From NCBI RefSeq assembly GCF_006345805.1, contig NC_043009.1:27962001-28026000 (forward strand): a stretch of DNA of 64,000 nucleotides. The letters run 5' to 3'. Below are positions 13,820-27,902 of this stretch, one piece after another. The notes beneath the pieces are model-generated. The model was given only the letters and a program-made list of their open reading frames with translations. It did not search any database and was not told the origin of the DNA. Numbering within the stretch: the stretch's first letter is position 1; each line of letters starts with the position of its first letter. The stretch is from Octopus sinensis (Eukaryota). A program made the translations under genes and the position numbers.

Positions 13820-13859
13820 CACAATTTAATCACGATCAGAATTGTTTGAAAACCAAGGT
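13712..13859. repeat. Inverted repeat of about 45 bp flanking a (TA)n tract
   Basis: ACCTTGGTTTTCAAACAACTCTGATCATGATTAAA versus TTTAATCACGATCAGAATTGTTTGAAAACCAAGGT. Confidence 0.7.
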
Positions 13860-13863
13860 GCTA

Positions 13864-14008
<145 letters not shown>

Positions 14009-14805
14009 CATGGAAAACGGACGCTAAACGATGATGATGATGATGATGATATATATATAATATATATATATATATATAAATATGATGTGCTTCTTTCAGT
14101 CTCCATCTACCAAATTCACTTGCAAGGCTTTGGTCGGCCTGAAGACCCTTACCGAAAGTGCCACTCAGAGGGGCTGAACTTAGGATCATGTGGTTAAAAA
14201 TTAAGCTTCTTATCACACAGCCATGCCTGCACCTTTAAGAAGATTCTTTAAGAATCACAATAATCTTCCCACTTTATGGCTGCAAATTCTATTTCCTTCT
14301 GAGGATGCTTTAGTTCATATTAGAAATTTCAGAATAAAACCATTTAAATTTTCGTTAATATTCTAATGTCCCCATAATATTAGTGAAAAACAGCAACAAC
14401 AACAACAAAAAAAAAGAAGATATGCAAATTTTCTTCCTTTAAAAATATTGAATATGCTTTGATTTAATAGCCAGTGTTGCTTTTTAAAAGATATTTTCTT
14501 AATCATATTAACGTCGATATTGATGTCTTTGGCATGTTTTTTCTTTTTCTTTTGTTTTCTTAACTGGATGGCTATTTCACTAATAGAGGAGAATAGTATC
14601 ACACAACATGTGACTGATGTAACCAAGTTCATATGATGAAATCTCTTGATATTCTAAAGCTGTTGATAATTGACATAAAAATTAGATTAAGTGCTGTTTT
14701 TATAGATTAATGGTGTACATTGGTCACAGAATAATTGTTATTTAATGGTTGTAATAGTCTCCTACTCAATTTAGTTTGTACTTTTGTGTACTCAGTGACC
14801 CGTAC

Positions 14806-14951
14806 GGTTTTATAGTCAATAGGATTATGCCTGCACTTCTCTGGCTGTCTTGCTGCTACTCTAATTGCATTTTCAAGGTTAAATATTAAAATTCTTTCAT
14901 AAAGCTTAAACTGACGACCCTCTGTTATGGCTTTCTCAAACTCTGGTGTTA
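14806..14951 (-). CDS. Candidate internal exon, unidentified protein
   Basis: Unique sequence, open frame (V)TPEFEKAITEGRQFKLYERILIFNLENAIRVAARQPEKCRHNPIDYKT. Acceptor TTTGCTCCTGTCAAG and donor GTACGG are both weak. Confidence 0.25.
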
Positions 14952-15183
14952 CTTGACAGGAGCAAACACTAAATTCCAACATTATTTAGAATTATGTAAC
15001 CCTTGCCCCTCACCTTTAATTTAATACTTGAGAATCAAATGATCAGAAATTATCTCTTTAATTCGTTTGCTTCATTTAATTCATATGCAAATGAGAAATT
15101 TGCAAACCTATAACGAACAAAGAAGTATATGGGGAAATAAACTGATCATATAGCTAATTTTGACATTTTGAAACACACACACA

Positions 15184-15227
<44 letters not shown>

Positions 15228-15439
15228 TGCTTGCATCCATCCATCCATCCATCCATGCATACATATATTCATACATACATACATCCACACATACATATAT
15301 ATACGGCACAGGTGCTTTTACGTATCACTGGCACAGATGCTGTTACATGTCACTGGCACTAGCTACAACTTTAGTTTCATGGCACATCAATGATTTCAGG
15401 GCACAACTACAATTTCAATATATATATACATACACACAA

Positions 15440-15597
15440 CAGACTTCTTTCAGTTATTGGTTACCAAATCCACTCATAAAGCTTTGGTTTGCCCAAGCCT
15501 ATAGCAGAAGACACATGCCCGAGGTTTCATGTGGTAAGACCGAAACTGGAACCATACGGTTGAGAAACAAACTCCTTACCACACAGCCTATTTTTCC
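15440..15597 (-). mobile_element. SINE family A
   Basis: Reverse complement of the family A head and core (CCAAATCCACTCATAAAGCTTTGG...CTTACCACACAGCC). Confidence 0.7.
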
Positions 15598-16436
15598 TTA
15601 AAACTGACAACTTCCTTATCACTACTTCTCAACCATATTCTTTTCTTCTTCTCCCCTACCAATACAACGTTTTCCATTTTTGGCCCCAACCCCACTTTCA
15701 TTCATGTACTTCCACTAATTCTCTGCTTTTTTCCATCATTCGCTTTTGTGTCCAAATTCTTGGAAGCCAATGAACAAAGAAAAAGACATTTCTCTCTTCT
15801 CAAAGCAAAATTGCTTGGAATATTAGAAACTCTTCACTAAACAGCATATGAACTTGTAAAAGTTCATCTGAATATAAATACACGGATGCATACATATATG
15901 CAGTCATATATATACATCCATGGATACATACATATATATCTATATAGATATATATATATATATATCTTTATATATATATATATATGTGTGTGTGTATATG
16001 TATATATATAAAATATACATTTACATATATACATACATATACAAGCAACACATGCATACTCATGTACACACACATGTACATTCATACATTCATACAATCA
16101 TAAATGCATACGTACATACATATACACATAAATACACGTACATACATACATACATACATATATACAGGTATGCATACACATGTACAGAAACTATCTAAAT
16201 CATAAATAATGCCTGTATCATTATAATTACGTTATTTTAAATTTCTGAAAAATACTTTAGGAAAGGTCATCTTATGAATGTCACAATAAAATATATTAAT
16301 TATCAAACACCGAAAAATGTAATAATTTAGAATATTGAAAACAACCTGCAAACTGTACTCAACAACTTCATCCTCATCATCGTTGTCATCATCATCATCA
16401 TAATCATCATCATCATCATCATCATCATCCTCATCC

Positions 16437-16470
<34 letters not shown>

Positions 16471-16924
16471 CATCATCATCATCATCATCATTATCATCAT
16501 CATTATCATCATCATCATCATCATCATCCTCATCATTTTCATCTTGTCATTACCATCATGGTCCTCACTGTTATTGACGTTTAGAAAAGACACCAACAGA
16601 ATAAGTACTAGGCTTACAAAGAATAAGTCCTGGGGTCAATTTGTTCAACTAAAGGAGCTGCTCCAGCATGGCTACAGTCAAATACTTGAAACAAATAAAA
16701 GAATATATATATATATAGTCAATTCAAATACACAAAAAATTAAAAAAACCCAGAGAAATAAAGAAAAAAACAAATGTGAGGACATGCACAAGAAATATAT
16801 TAATTTAAAGCTCAATGAAAGGAGAGAGTTGTTAACGTTTCAAGCATAGCTCTTCATCAGAAAGAGAAAAGTCCAAAGAGAAAGAAGGAAAAATAAGGAA
16901 AAATTGCCAACAGTCCGCGTGTGC

Positions 16925-17275
16925 TTACATTTCTGGTAGGCAGAGAAGCATGGAGGTGCTGGGTGTGAGGTCAGGGCGATGGTTGAGGAAGTATTGAAGA
17001 GTATTGAGGAAGTATTGAAGGGATCACAGTGTACAGGGATTTTATGTCCATGGTGAAAAGGAAGTGTAAAGGGCTGGGAGGGAATTGAAGAGGTGAAGGA
17101 TATAATCAGTGTTATGTATATGAGACGGGAAGGCAGAGATGAAAGGGGAGACGATGAGGTTGAGATATCTGGAGATAGGTTCTGTGGGGCAGTTACAAGC
17201 AGAAACAATGAGGCAGCCAGGATTGTTGGGTTTGTGTAGGCTTCCACACAGTTTCCTTCTACCAGATTCAATCAC
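16925..17275 (-). mobile_element. Penelope-like element reverse-transcriptase fragment
   Basis: LHKPNNPGCLIVSACNCPTEPISRYLNLIVSPFISAFPSHIHNT, followed in another frame by FTMDIKSLYTVIP; these are characteristic PLE RT motifs. Confidence 0.8.
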
Positions 17276-18169
17276 AAGACATTTGTTGGCACAAGGTTTT
17301 AGTAAAATACACTAAATCAAAGTCCTACACTGTGGGATTGAACCTGAAACCACATGGTAGCAAACTGTGCTTCTTAACCACACAACAATGCCTGTACCCA
17401 AGTTTGAGATTTTTGTAAAGTATTTTATTTTCAAGAATATTTTGAGATGTTTAAAATATTCTTCTGTCTTCTTAAACAGAAAGGAAAGCAAACTGGTTGA
17501 AAAATAAATCATTAAATAGAATATTTATACAAAAAGATAAAAACACTTCAGAAAATGGTTTGTGAATTCTAAATATTATCAAAATAACTTATATTTATAA
17601 ATATTTTTTTTTTCCTATTTGTGTGTTTTAGAATAAATTTCCTGTTGTAAATAGTCAGAAAACAGATGTATATAATTGGAAGAGTCTAACATAAATTTAA
17701 ATTATTTTACTAAGAAATTGGATTTCAAGTAATAAATAGATAATACAGAAAAAAATATCAATGTTTCTCAACTATTTTCTCACTTTATGAAGGAAAATGT
17801 GCGAAAATATAACACCTTATGGGACATTTAACACAACCTAAAACAAAAATACAAACGATAATAAATGATTAAATAAATAGAATGGTCACCTTTGAAATTT
17901 CTGGAAAAGAATTTTGTTTTCTGTAATCCTAAGTAAGTATCTTGTGTATTTCATGTTTAATTTAACCATTAAAGATAAATGTCTGCTATGGATTTTAAAT
18001 TGAAGAATATGGTTCTGTTGATGATAATGCTTGGTAAATATTCTACATTAAAGAATTTGGAACAGTTTTTTTTACACGATACAAAAACATTAAGAGCATT
18101 ATTATCTAACATTCTGTAAAAATTACATTAATCTCAATAAATAATGTATGTATGTATATATATGTATAT

Positions 18170-18436
<267 letters not shown>

Positions 18437-18447
18437 ATATATATATC

Positions 18448-18520
<73 letters not shown>

Positions 18521-18879
18521 TATATATATATTTATGTATGTATGTATTCATGTATATATATATATTGTCAGTAAAACATAAATCCAAAAGTGAAACACAG
18601 TCTAAGCTAAGGAATAGTAGAGTATTTAGATAAAGATAGTTTTAGCTGGTTCATAGGGTTACCCAGGGCTTTGTAGCCATAAAGTGGTTTGCTTTATGTA
18701 CATCTTGTCAGACCCTAATGGTCTGTGGCCTATAATCTCTCTTCAAAATGGAGAGAGAAAAGGCCTTGTGGCTAGTTTTTGAACACACAGACATAAAAGG
18801 AGGATCAAGTGCAAAGGATTGTCTTCCTTAGACCGCTACCCAGAATCTACCCTGTCAGCTTGCAGGTCCCAGGATTTCA

Positions 18880-19165
18880 GTAGGGGTCACCTGAAGTGTA
18901 AGCAAGGCCCGATGATTCTGTCCTAGAGTTTAAGCTGTTCCCTGGGTCAAGGGAGTTCTTTACTATCCTCACCCATTCTGCTATGCACAGCTTGCAACGT
19001 TTGCTCCTGTTGATGTAGGGACCTGGTTTTTCTAGGACCTTCCATGTGGGAGTCGTTTCGTCCTTCAGGCACAACACGTGACCAGCCAAGAATGTGGCAT
19101 AATGACTCTCTGGGATCCTAAATGAGAATTTGTGATTTGAGAGGCACCACTGAAAGGTGTTTCGA
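18880..19165 (-). mobile_element. Penelope-like GIY-YIG endonuclease C-terminal fragment
   Basis: LSNHKFSFRIPESHYATFLAGHVLCLKDETTPTWKVLEKPGPYINRSKRCKLCIAEWVRIVKNSLDPGNSLNSRTE matches the PLE pattern HKxSF..L..H....W.IL....PY....K.C.LC..E...I......LN.R.E. Confidence 0.75.
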
Positions 19166-19461
19166 GAGCATCTGATGTATTTTTGGATGCTGCTGTGGCT
19201 GCTACTTCCACTGTTGATGGTGTCAGTGTTGTTGGTGCTGGCATTGTTCTTGCTGGTTTAGGGGACATCATCTGTGGCGGAGTTGGTTTTGGTACTGTTG
19301 TTGTTGTTGTAGTTCATGTAACTGTTGGTGCTGCTATAACCACCGTTGATGTGGATGGAGCTGTTACTGTAGCAGTGGTTGATGTTGTCATTGCTAATAT
19401 TTATTTACATTATTTACATTGGACGGATATGTGTCCTCATCTTGTTTGTTGTTTGTTGTTA

Positions 19462-19506
19462 CCACAACGTTTTGGCTGATTTACTCTCCGGCCTTCATCA
19501 GGTGTC
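19462..19506 (-). ncRNA. Degenerate minimal type I hammerhead-like motif in a PLE-associated repeat
   Basis: Minus strand reads GACAC CTGATGA A GGCCGG AGAGTAAA TCAGCC AAAAC GTT GTGGT. The GAAA core is mutated to AAAA. The surrounding 19400-19515 is homologous to 39455-39555. Confidence 0.55.
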
Positions 19507-20183
19507 CTGGTAGAATTTTGTTTTTTAAATCTATTCTGCTGTATAAAGAATGTCAAAAATATGAAACAAGGAATATGATAAAAGATAATGATGATGATAA
19601 CGACGATGATGGTCATCATCATCATCATCAACAACAGCAACAGCATCCTCATCGTCATCATTGTCGTCATCGTCATCACCACCACCACCACCACCTCCAC
19701 CACCACCATCATCATCATCATCATCATTGTCACTGTCATTGTTATTTTGATGTCCATTTTTCCAGATGGAATTTGTCGGTTCGGATATTTTACAACTGAA
19801 ACCCAACACCCTCACCTGTTTTGAAGCAAGGTCATATATTCCCGTGTATGACGGTGGCATACATTTATAACAAAAGTGTGATGTCAAGATAAAGAAATAC
19901 CCATCCACACACATATATATATATATGGCCAGCTTCTTTCAATTTCCATCAACCAAACCCACTCACAAAGCTAGGAGCTACAGCAGAAGATACCTGCCCG
20001 AGACAACACTCAAAGGAACTGAACTTGATGTAACCAAGAAGCGAACTTTCTAAACACACAGTACTGTTTGTGAACCTATGATTAAAAATATTGGTCCAAA
20101 AAATAATTTAAAAATCCTTTATTTAGAACAATTAAAAATAACACCTAAAGAAATAAAAGCTAGAACGGGAAAGCGAAAACTAC

Positions 20184-20222
20184 CTAATTGTCCAGAGTAG
20201 CACTGTTTATTGACAAGATCAG
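20184..20222 (-). CDS. Candidate 39-nt exon
   Basis: TTTAATCCTATTAG|...|GTAGTT; phase 1-1 reading (A)DLVNKQCYSGQL. Could arise by chance. Confidence 0.2.
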   Translation of the reverse strand: MILSINSATLDN

Positions 20223-21949
20223 CTAATAGGATTAAATATGTTTGGTTGACTGCAGTGAGAGGTTGTTGAAAATGATGAGTTTATCACTAACTCATCAACT
20301 CTTTTGCTTATTTTCCCTGGTGTCTTCTAGTATTTAAAATATTATCATCTTTATGCTCTTCAGTGCCAACTTGCAAACACTAATTAACTGATTTCAAATC
20401 CTGTGATTGCTATGAATTAGCTTAAGTAAAACATCCAAAATATCTTGAATATTTTGGTAACAAAAGATAATCAGATAATTATAATGAGTTTAAAGAAGGA
20501 AAAAATAAATATATAAACACATGAAAAGAATTTTAAATGGAAAATAAAAATGGTTACTGAAGAATATTATGCTTTGTTTTTTTTTTTTACTGTTTTTCTG
20601 TATATCTCAGTTTTCTTGGCAGGTTTTTAAATGGTTTATATATAGATTTAAAGTGGGGTGTTAATTTGAAAATAGTTTTTTAGTGCCCAAATGTGGACAG
20701 CTTAACCGTTTGCAGCCAAATGGAATTTTTAGGAAATGGTCAAAGGCCAAAAACTTAAATGAGTTACACTCAGATAAACAGACAGATAGATGGACATATT
20801 CATTCACACAAACAAAAAAAAATGTAAGTAAACTCTTATGGGGTACAGGCCATATACACATAAACAGGTACACACACACACACATATATATACAAACATG
20901 TACTTGAGGCACAAATGATGCGTTCTAATGCATGCATATAGAATTACACACCTGTGTGTGAATAATGCCAGTGTCAAGGGAATAGGGCACATTATTACCA
21001 TTAATCTTCACAGCCATCTAACACAGACAGGGCCACAAAACTGGCAAAAACTCAATATCAAACTGTGATATATAACAATAATAGTTTGTTCCTCTTTGTA
21101 GCTTTGCCAATTAGGTGAAGACATTTTTTTATTATATTTCAATTATATTATTATTGTTGTTGTTGTTATTATATCATCATCATCACTATCGCCATCATCA
21201 TCGTCACCACCACCACCACCATCATTATTTTTATTATCATCATCATCATTATTATTATTATCATCGTTTTCTTTTGGTCTGAAGAATGCATTTAATTTTT
21301 ATACTTTCATTTTGTAAATAATCTCGATAATGTTACTACATCAAGCCTTCTGTATGTACTGTTTACTTAAAATTCAATTCTTTTTCTCTTTCTTTGTGGA
21401 GGTGTTCTTTAGAAATTTTAACTTAGAATTCAAATTGTTTTAGATTGAAAAGGTGAGCCAAAATATTATGGAGAAAAAGATGAACTTCTAAAAATTCCAA
21501 GGAAATGAGAACTGGAAATTATCTTTTGCTTAGTATTCCACAGAATGCAATGGCATTCACCTTCTTGGACATGCTACCTTGAAAGTATTCTGAGAAACTT
21601 CATTACGACCATATTCATCTTTTGTTTTGGCACCATTCCCCCGACTTATGTGAGTTTCAAGTTAGCCATGAATTTTTCCCGACAGCCATAAACTTGTTCC
21701 TGTTCCTCCTATCATATTTCGACCTCTCAGCACCTGGCATCAAGCAATCCCACTACCTCCTGCTCTTCCTCGCAGTCAAGGATGTTTCTTAGGCTTTTCA
21801 CTTACAAGGCAACCTTATTAGAGTTGGTACTATGAAGAAAAGAGAATAGAAAGGCACCCAGTATACTCTGTAAAGTGGTTGGTTAATAGGATGGACATTT
21901 GGCCATTGAAACTAGACCAAGCAATTCTGGGAGAAATACAGCTGTAAAC

Positions 21950-22075
<126 letters not shown>

Positions 22076-22112
22076 GTCTGTCTGTGTATCTCACTCTTTA
22101 TATATATACAGT

Positions 22113-22155
<43 letters not shown>

Positions 22156-22595
22156 AGATATAGATGTATGAGTCTATTTATGTTCATAGTACCAGGGCTG
22201 CTTTGTAACTCAGAAAACTAAAGAGCACTTTTGAGTGAGAAGAAGAATACACCCCTAGATGTTTCTTTTAGTTTCCATTTACCAAATCTACTCAAGATTT
22301 TGGTCAAACCTTGGTTCAAACAGTCACACTGAGGAACTGAACCTGAGACCACATAAGTGGGAAGCAAAGTTCTTATCTACAGAGCCATGCAGGAACCCTG
22401 GTAAATGAAGCAGTCAGAAATCAGTTCCCGGTCCAAGAAATTCTACAGCTTAAAAAAAATTCATTATGGACTCTAAATGTCTGCTACCCTATCTGTCTTT
22501 TATTTGGAAGATCAATCAATAAAAAGCCTGCACTACTATCAGTATCGATCAATATAGAGTCTGTATCAATATGATTAATATATCACGTAGACAAT

Positions 22596-22780
22596 AAAGT
22601 GGCGAGCGGGCAGAATCGTTAGCATGTTCTGAGTTCAAATTCTGGTGAGGTTAATTTTGCCTTTCATCATTTTTGGGGTTGATAAAATAAGTACTATTTG
22701 CACATTGAAATTGATGTAATTGACTACCCTCACCCCTTCCCCCAAATGCTGACCTTGTGCCAAAATTTGAAACTAATATA
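22596..22780 (+). mobile_element. SINE family B (plus orientation)
   Basis: GTGGCGAGCGGGCAGAATCGTTAGCATGTTCTGAGTTCAAATTCTGG...TTTGCCTTTCATC. Confidence 0.7.
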
Positions 22781-23342
22781 GTTCAGAGCCATATTTTTTA
22801 ATTTTTAGAATATATTTCTGCTTTTGATGAACAATTTTACTGTTGACCAACTGATAATAATATTTATGATTTCAGTAGAGCTTGCATTAATTGCTTCCTG
22901 TAATTAAATATAACCTTTTCATTACCACATTTCTAATGAACTACACTGCCATCATTTCAATTAATTTTGGAAATAATTAAGTATTTAGCAGAATAACATT
23001 GTCAATATTAAGCTGATGTTTGGAAACTTCAGTAAATTTTGTACTTTTGCTGGAAGATTTTTCTTTTGATCACTTTAACCCTTTTCTTGCCATATTTCTA
23101 TTGAAATACTCTGCATTTCTTTCAATTAATTTTGAAAATAATGAAGAATTTAATAGAATAACTTTGTCATTATTAAGCAGGTGTTTGGATAAATAAATTA
23201 GCATGAGATTTTGATGGAAGTCTTGGATTTATATCACTTCAAAAGTTTGTATCATAAAACCAGATCAGGTCCTTGAGGGGGTTGGGATCCAAAGGGTTTG
23301 AAATGGTAATTATAATTCTTAAGAGCAAGGGTGTTATATATG

Positions 23343-23575
23343 TTTCTTTATTACCCACAAGGGGCTAAACATAGAGGGGACAAACAAGGACAGACAAAGG
23401 GATTAAGTCAATTACATTGACCCCAGTAAGTAACTGGTACTTAATTTATTGACCCCGAAAGGATGAAAGGCAAAGTCAACCTTGGCGGAATTTGAACTCA
23501 GAACATAATGGTAGACGAAATATGGCTACGCATTTCGCCCGGCGTGCTAACAGTTCTGCCAGCTTGCTACCTTCA
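23343..23575 (-). mobile_element. SINE family B
   Basis: Near full-length match to the copies at 11476 and 27903. Confidence 0.85.
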
Positions 23576-23724
23576 AGAGTCTTATATAGATGACTAATAA
23601 TTCCAGTCTATGTGGAATTAGTTCACTTGATCTTTTGGTACCTTGACTGAAATTCCATCTGTCAGAAACATTTGGTGTAAGTCTTCCCTTTGAGGATAAT
23701 TTCAGTTTCATTCCTTACTCTTAC

Positions 23725-23756
23725 CTGTGTCAGGAGCTCTGCCTTTCCTTCTCTGG
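23725..23756 (-). CDS. Candidate 32-nt exon
   Basis: Strong sites TTCCTTCTTTTGCTATGTTTAG|CCAGAG...ACACAG|GTAAGA; reads (A)REGKAELLTQ. An alternative acceptor 4 nt downstream gives RRKGRAPDT. Confidence 0.3.
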
Positions 23757-24599
23757 CTAAACATAGCAAAAGAAGGAACTTTTTTGAAGATTACAAATTT
23801 CTTAGAAATGACAAAGGGTGGAATAGACTTTTTAAGCAAATTCTTGAGGTTTGAAGAAATGAATAAAAACCGTTGATAACATTCAATTAATTTAAACCTC
23901 ATCCCCTGTGGATTTCTGGCCTTTTACTCATATGCTCTCATTAATAGTGATGGATGCAACGTTGAAGTGGAAAGCCCTATGCATTATATCTTGTACACAA
24001 TCCTCTCTTTTCAGCCCGAGTACTAATTGCCTCTTTCAATTTATTGCACAGCTTTCCTTCTTTATAAATACAAGTATCAAGACTTATACAAATAAAAATT
24101 GTAATTACATGAATGAATGAATAACATTTTCTTTTTCTTCCATTTGAACGGAAGGGATTGCTGCTGAACAATCTAATTGGAAAAAATAAAATCAAACAAA
24201 ATATAAATCCGAAAATGATTTGTTGTCTTCAAACTCCTTCACACTTATCAAGCAACAAATAACATTCAGGATGTTGGGGGTGGGGATGGAATGAAATTCG
24301 TTTTTAGAATCTTTCTTGAAACTGAATAATTCTTTTGCAATTTGGTTAGATTTTCAATCTTAAATGCCAAGATGAAAACATCCATTTTCAACAGATGGTG
24401 CTAGTAGCTGTTGGTAGAACTTCAATGAAACTTAAGTAGATCCTAAACAAGGCAGAAATTATTGAAGTTTTTGCTGAACAAATTAAATGAATTTTGTTTA
24501 TATTCAATGAAAATAAACAAATCTCATCGGAAATTATTTGAGCTGACAAGAAATGATAAACAACACTTTATAGAAATAAACTAAAATTTTAGCTAGAAT

Positions 24600-25020
24600 G
24601 GACAGAAAGAGAGAGGAAATGAGAGGGGGGTGAGAGAGAGGGAGAGAAGAAAGTGAGGGAGGGACAAAAAGGGGAACAGAAACTTGGAGAGAGGGTGGGG
24701 AGAGGGAGAGAGACTGAAGGAGAAAGAGTGAGAGAGAAGGAAATAAAAAGTGTGAGGGAGAGAGAAAGAAAGAGAGAGAGAGAGAGAGGGAGAGACAGAG
24801 AAATGGGGAGAGAGTGAGAGTGAGAGTGAGAGTGAGAGGAAAGATAGGGAGAGAGGGAGGAAAAGAAGGAGGAAGAGAGGAAGGAAAAGAGTGATTGAGT
24901 GTGAGAGAGTGAGAGAGAGAGGAGGAGAGAGAGTGAGAGGGAAGAGAGGAAAATGGAGAGAGAGTGATCAAGAGAAGGGGAGAGAGAAGGAAAGAGAGGG
25001 GGAGACAGAGAGCGATGAGC
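24600..25020. repeat. Purine-rich (GA)n low-complexity tract
   Basis: Directly visible. Confidence 0.9.
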
Positions 25021-25764
25021 GATTTACACACAGACAAATGATTGTCTCCAGAATATTTTACTTACTTCAAGACAATCTGGACGTCAAATATAAGGAAGTT
25101 TCCCAGCCACCATTTTGTACCTAAAATATCAGTTGTCCATTCTTTATAAATATTATCTTGTGTATAATGGTGACAATATTCAATTTTTATTCTGTTTTGA
25201 ATCAAGCTTCTGGTATAATCTTTTCTACTATAGGCACAAGGCCTGAAGTTTGGGGGAAAGGATTAAGTTGATTGCATCGACCCCAGTGCATAACTGGTAC
25301 TAATTTTATTGACTTCGAAAGGACGAAAAGCAACATCGACGTTGGTGGAATTTGAACAGCAGACGAGTTTGTGAGTGTGTTTTTCTGTGTGTGTGTGTGT
25401 GCGTGTGTGTGTGTGTGTGTGTGTTTGTGTCTGTGTTTGTTCTCCACCACTGTTAGATAACTGGTGTTGGTGTGTTTACATTCCAGTGTGTTTGTGTGTT
25501 TACATTCCAGTGTGTTTGTGTGTTTACATTCTAGCAGCTCTGCAAAAGAGACTGGTAGACTAAATACCAAGCTTAAAAAGACAGAATAAGTTCTGAGGTC
25601 GATTAGTTCAGGTAAAAAAAAATAAAAGATGCTTTAAGATAGTGCCCCAGCACGGCCTCAGTCTAATGAGTGAAGCAAGTAGAAGATAAAAGGAAAAAAA
25701 CAAATAAAGTTTTATTAGAAACATCGGAACCCTTCCAAAAGGTTAAATTAAGGATCTCAGCTTT

Positions 25765-26260
25765 AATCATCATCATCATCGTCGTCACTGTTGTTTAATG
25801 TCTGCTTTCCATGCTGGCATGGGTTGGACGGTTTGACTGAGGGCTGGCAAATCGGAAGGCTGCACCAGGCTACAATCCAATCTGGCAAAGTTTCTACAGC
25901 TGGATGCCCTTCCTAATGCCCCCCCCCCCGAGAGTGTAGTGGGTGCTTTTTAGGTGCCACTGGCATGAGGGCCAGTCAGGTGGACCTGGCATCAATCATG
26001 CTTGAATGGTGCTTTTATGTGCCACTAGAACGGGATCAGTCAGGCTGCACTGGCAACAACCAAGCTCGAATGATGCTTTTTACGTGCCACTGGCATGGGT
26101 GCCAACCAAGCAGTACTGTCATCAGCCACGACAATGCCTTCATTTGCCTCAACAGGTCTTTGCAAGTGCGGTTTATTGCCCAATGATTGAAGGGTACTCT
26201 TAAATGAGCTGGTTATGGTGCACTGGCATAGGCCACGGTTATGGTCTCACTTATAGATAC
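25765..26260 (-). mobile_element. Dispersed repeat with (GAT)n tail, longer copy
   Basis: TTTAATGTCTGCTTTCCATGCTGGCATGGGTTGGACGG...GGATGCCCTTCCTAATGCC, plus internal TGCTTTT..GTGCCACT repeats, as at 41700. Confidence 0.65.
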
Positions 26261-26934
26261 AATAAATTGTACAAGTTGTAAAGATAATTTCTGAACACCC
26301 TGTATATCTTAAACATGGAAAGGGGATGAAACTGGTTAAAACTACAAAGGCCCAGTCAATAATATTTGTACGTGTGTGTATATTTAGATCTGTGTATGTG
26401 TATATAAAGCTGTGTGTATATGTATCTGGATCTGTAGATGTGTGTGTATATATCTGGATCTGTATGTATATGGATGTATGTATATTTGTACAACAAGAGC
26501 TATATGTATATATGTGTGTGTGTATGCGAGTGTGTGTGCATGTGGATACATATGTGTGTGTATATGATATCTGGATCTGCATATGTGTATCTGTGAATGG
26601 GTATGTGTGTATATATGTGTGTGTGAATGATTATTAATGTTCTAGAGCTCATAAGCTAGAGGAATACTCTAAAAAACTCCATTATAGTCGTAATAACAGA
26701 AGAAATGAAATTGTGAGATAATAAACCAACCAAATAATATGATAATGTCATTGACCGTCTCATGTCATTAGGAATGATATCATTGTAGTTTGTTTGTTGT
26801 GTAATATCTTTTGATAAGTTCCATTCTTTGAGGTTGGTTATTTTAGTGAGTTCACAGAGGGAAACCACAGAGTCTTTAGCTTTAAAGAAATAGAGCAACA
26901 TCAGTTGTGAGGGTTTCAGATCTGCCCAGCCAAC

Positions 26935-27285
26935 CATCATCATCATCATCAACATCACCACCACCATCGTCATCATCGTCATTATTGTCGTTGTCATCTT
27001 CATCATCATCGTCATCATCGACATCATCATCATCATCTTCATCATCATCGTCATCATCCTCGTTATTGTCTTCATCATTGTTGTCATCATCAACATCATC
27101 ATCATCATCATCATTGTTATCATCATCCTCATCACCACCATCATCATCATCATCGTCATCATCACCATCACCATCATCATCATCATCATCGTCATCATCA
27201 TCATCATCATTGTTATCATCTTCAACATCATTGCCGTCACCATCATAGCCATTATCTTCGTCACCATAGTTGTTATTATTATTGT
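26935..27285. repeat. Degenerate (CAT)n microsatellite
   Basis: Directly visible; source of the poly-Asp, poly-Met and poly-Ser ORFs. Confidence 0.9.
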
Positions 27286-27489
27286 CAGAAAGATTCAGCA
27301 TGTTATGGAATGTGGCATGTGTGCCCATTTCATTACAGGTACAACTAATTTTTCCCAGCTGAGTGAACTAGAACACCGTGGAATAAAGTGTCTTGCTCAA
27401 GGACACAACATGTTGAATCGAGCTCCCCCCACCCCACCCCCACTCGTACTTATATTTTTTGTCAAAGTGTGGCACTTATTCTACTGATC

Positions 27490-27566
27490 TCTTTTGCTGA
27501 ACCACTAAGTTAAGGGGATATAAACACACCAGCACTGGTTGTTAAGTGGTGGTGGGGGACAAACAC

Positions 27567-27600
<34 letters not shown>

Positions 27601-27785
27601 CACACACACAAAACATACATGTAACGTGCTTCTTACATTTTCTGTCTACCAAATCTACTCACAAGGCTTCGGTCGGCCTGAAGTTATAGTAGAAGACACT
27701 CGCCCAAGGTGCCACGCAGTGGGACTGAACCCGGAACCATGTGGTTGGTAAGCAAGCTACTTACTACACAGCCACTCCTGCGCCT
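27490..27785 (-). mobile_element. SINE family A
   Basis: Well-preserved reverse complement ending CTTACTACACAGCCACTCCTGCGCCT. Confidence 0.85.
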
Positions 27786-27902
27786 AGATAGGGAATGTTT
27801 TGCAAGCAAGAGGGGAAAGAAGCCGAGAGGAGCAGGATAGAAAATGAAGACAATATCGGCCAAATGTTGACCGCTGAGTATGAACACATTATATGTATAT
27901 AT

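Noticed and set aside
26882-27328. Poly-Asp ORF resembling acidic molluscan biomineralisation proteins (also 34538-34861 and 43500-44180)
   Set aside because: It is a degenerate (GAT)n tract like many others here, open in several frames, with no signal peptide or non-repetitive domain.
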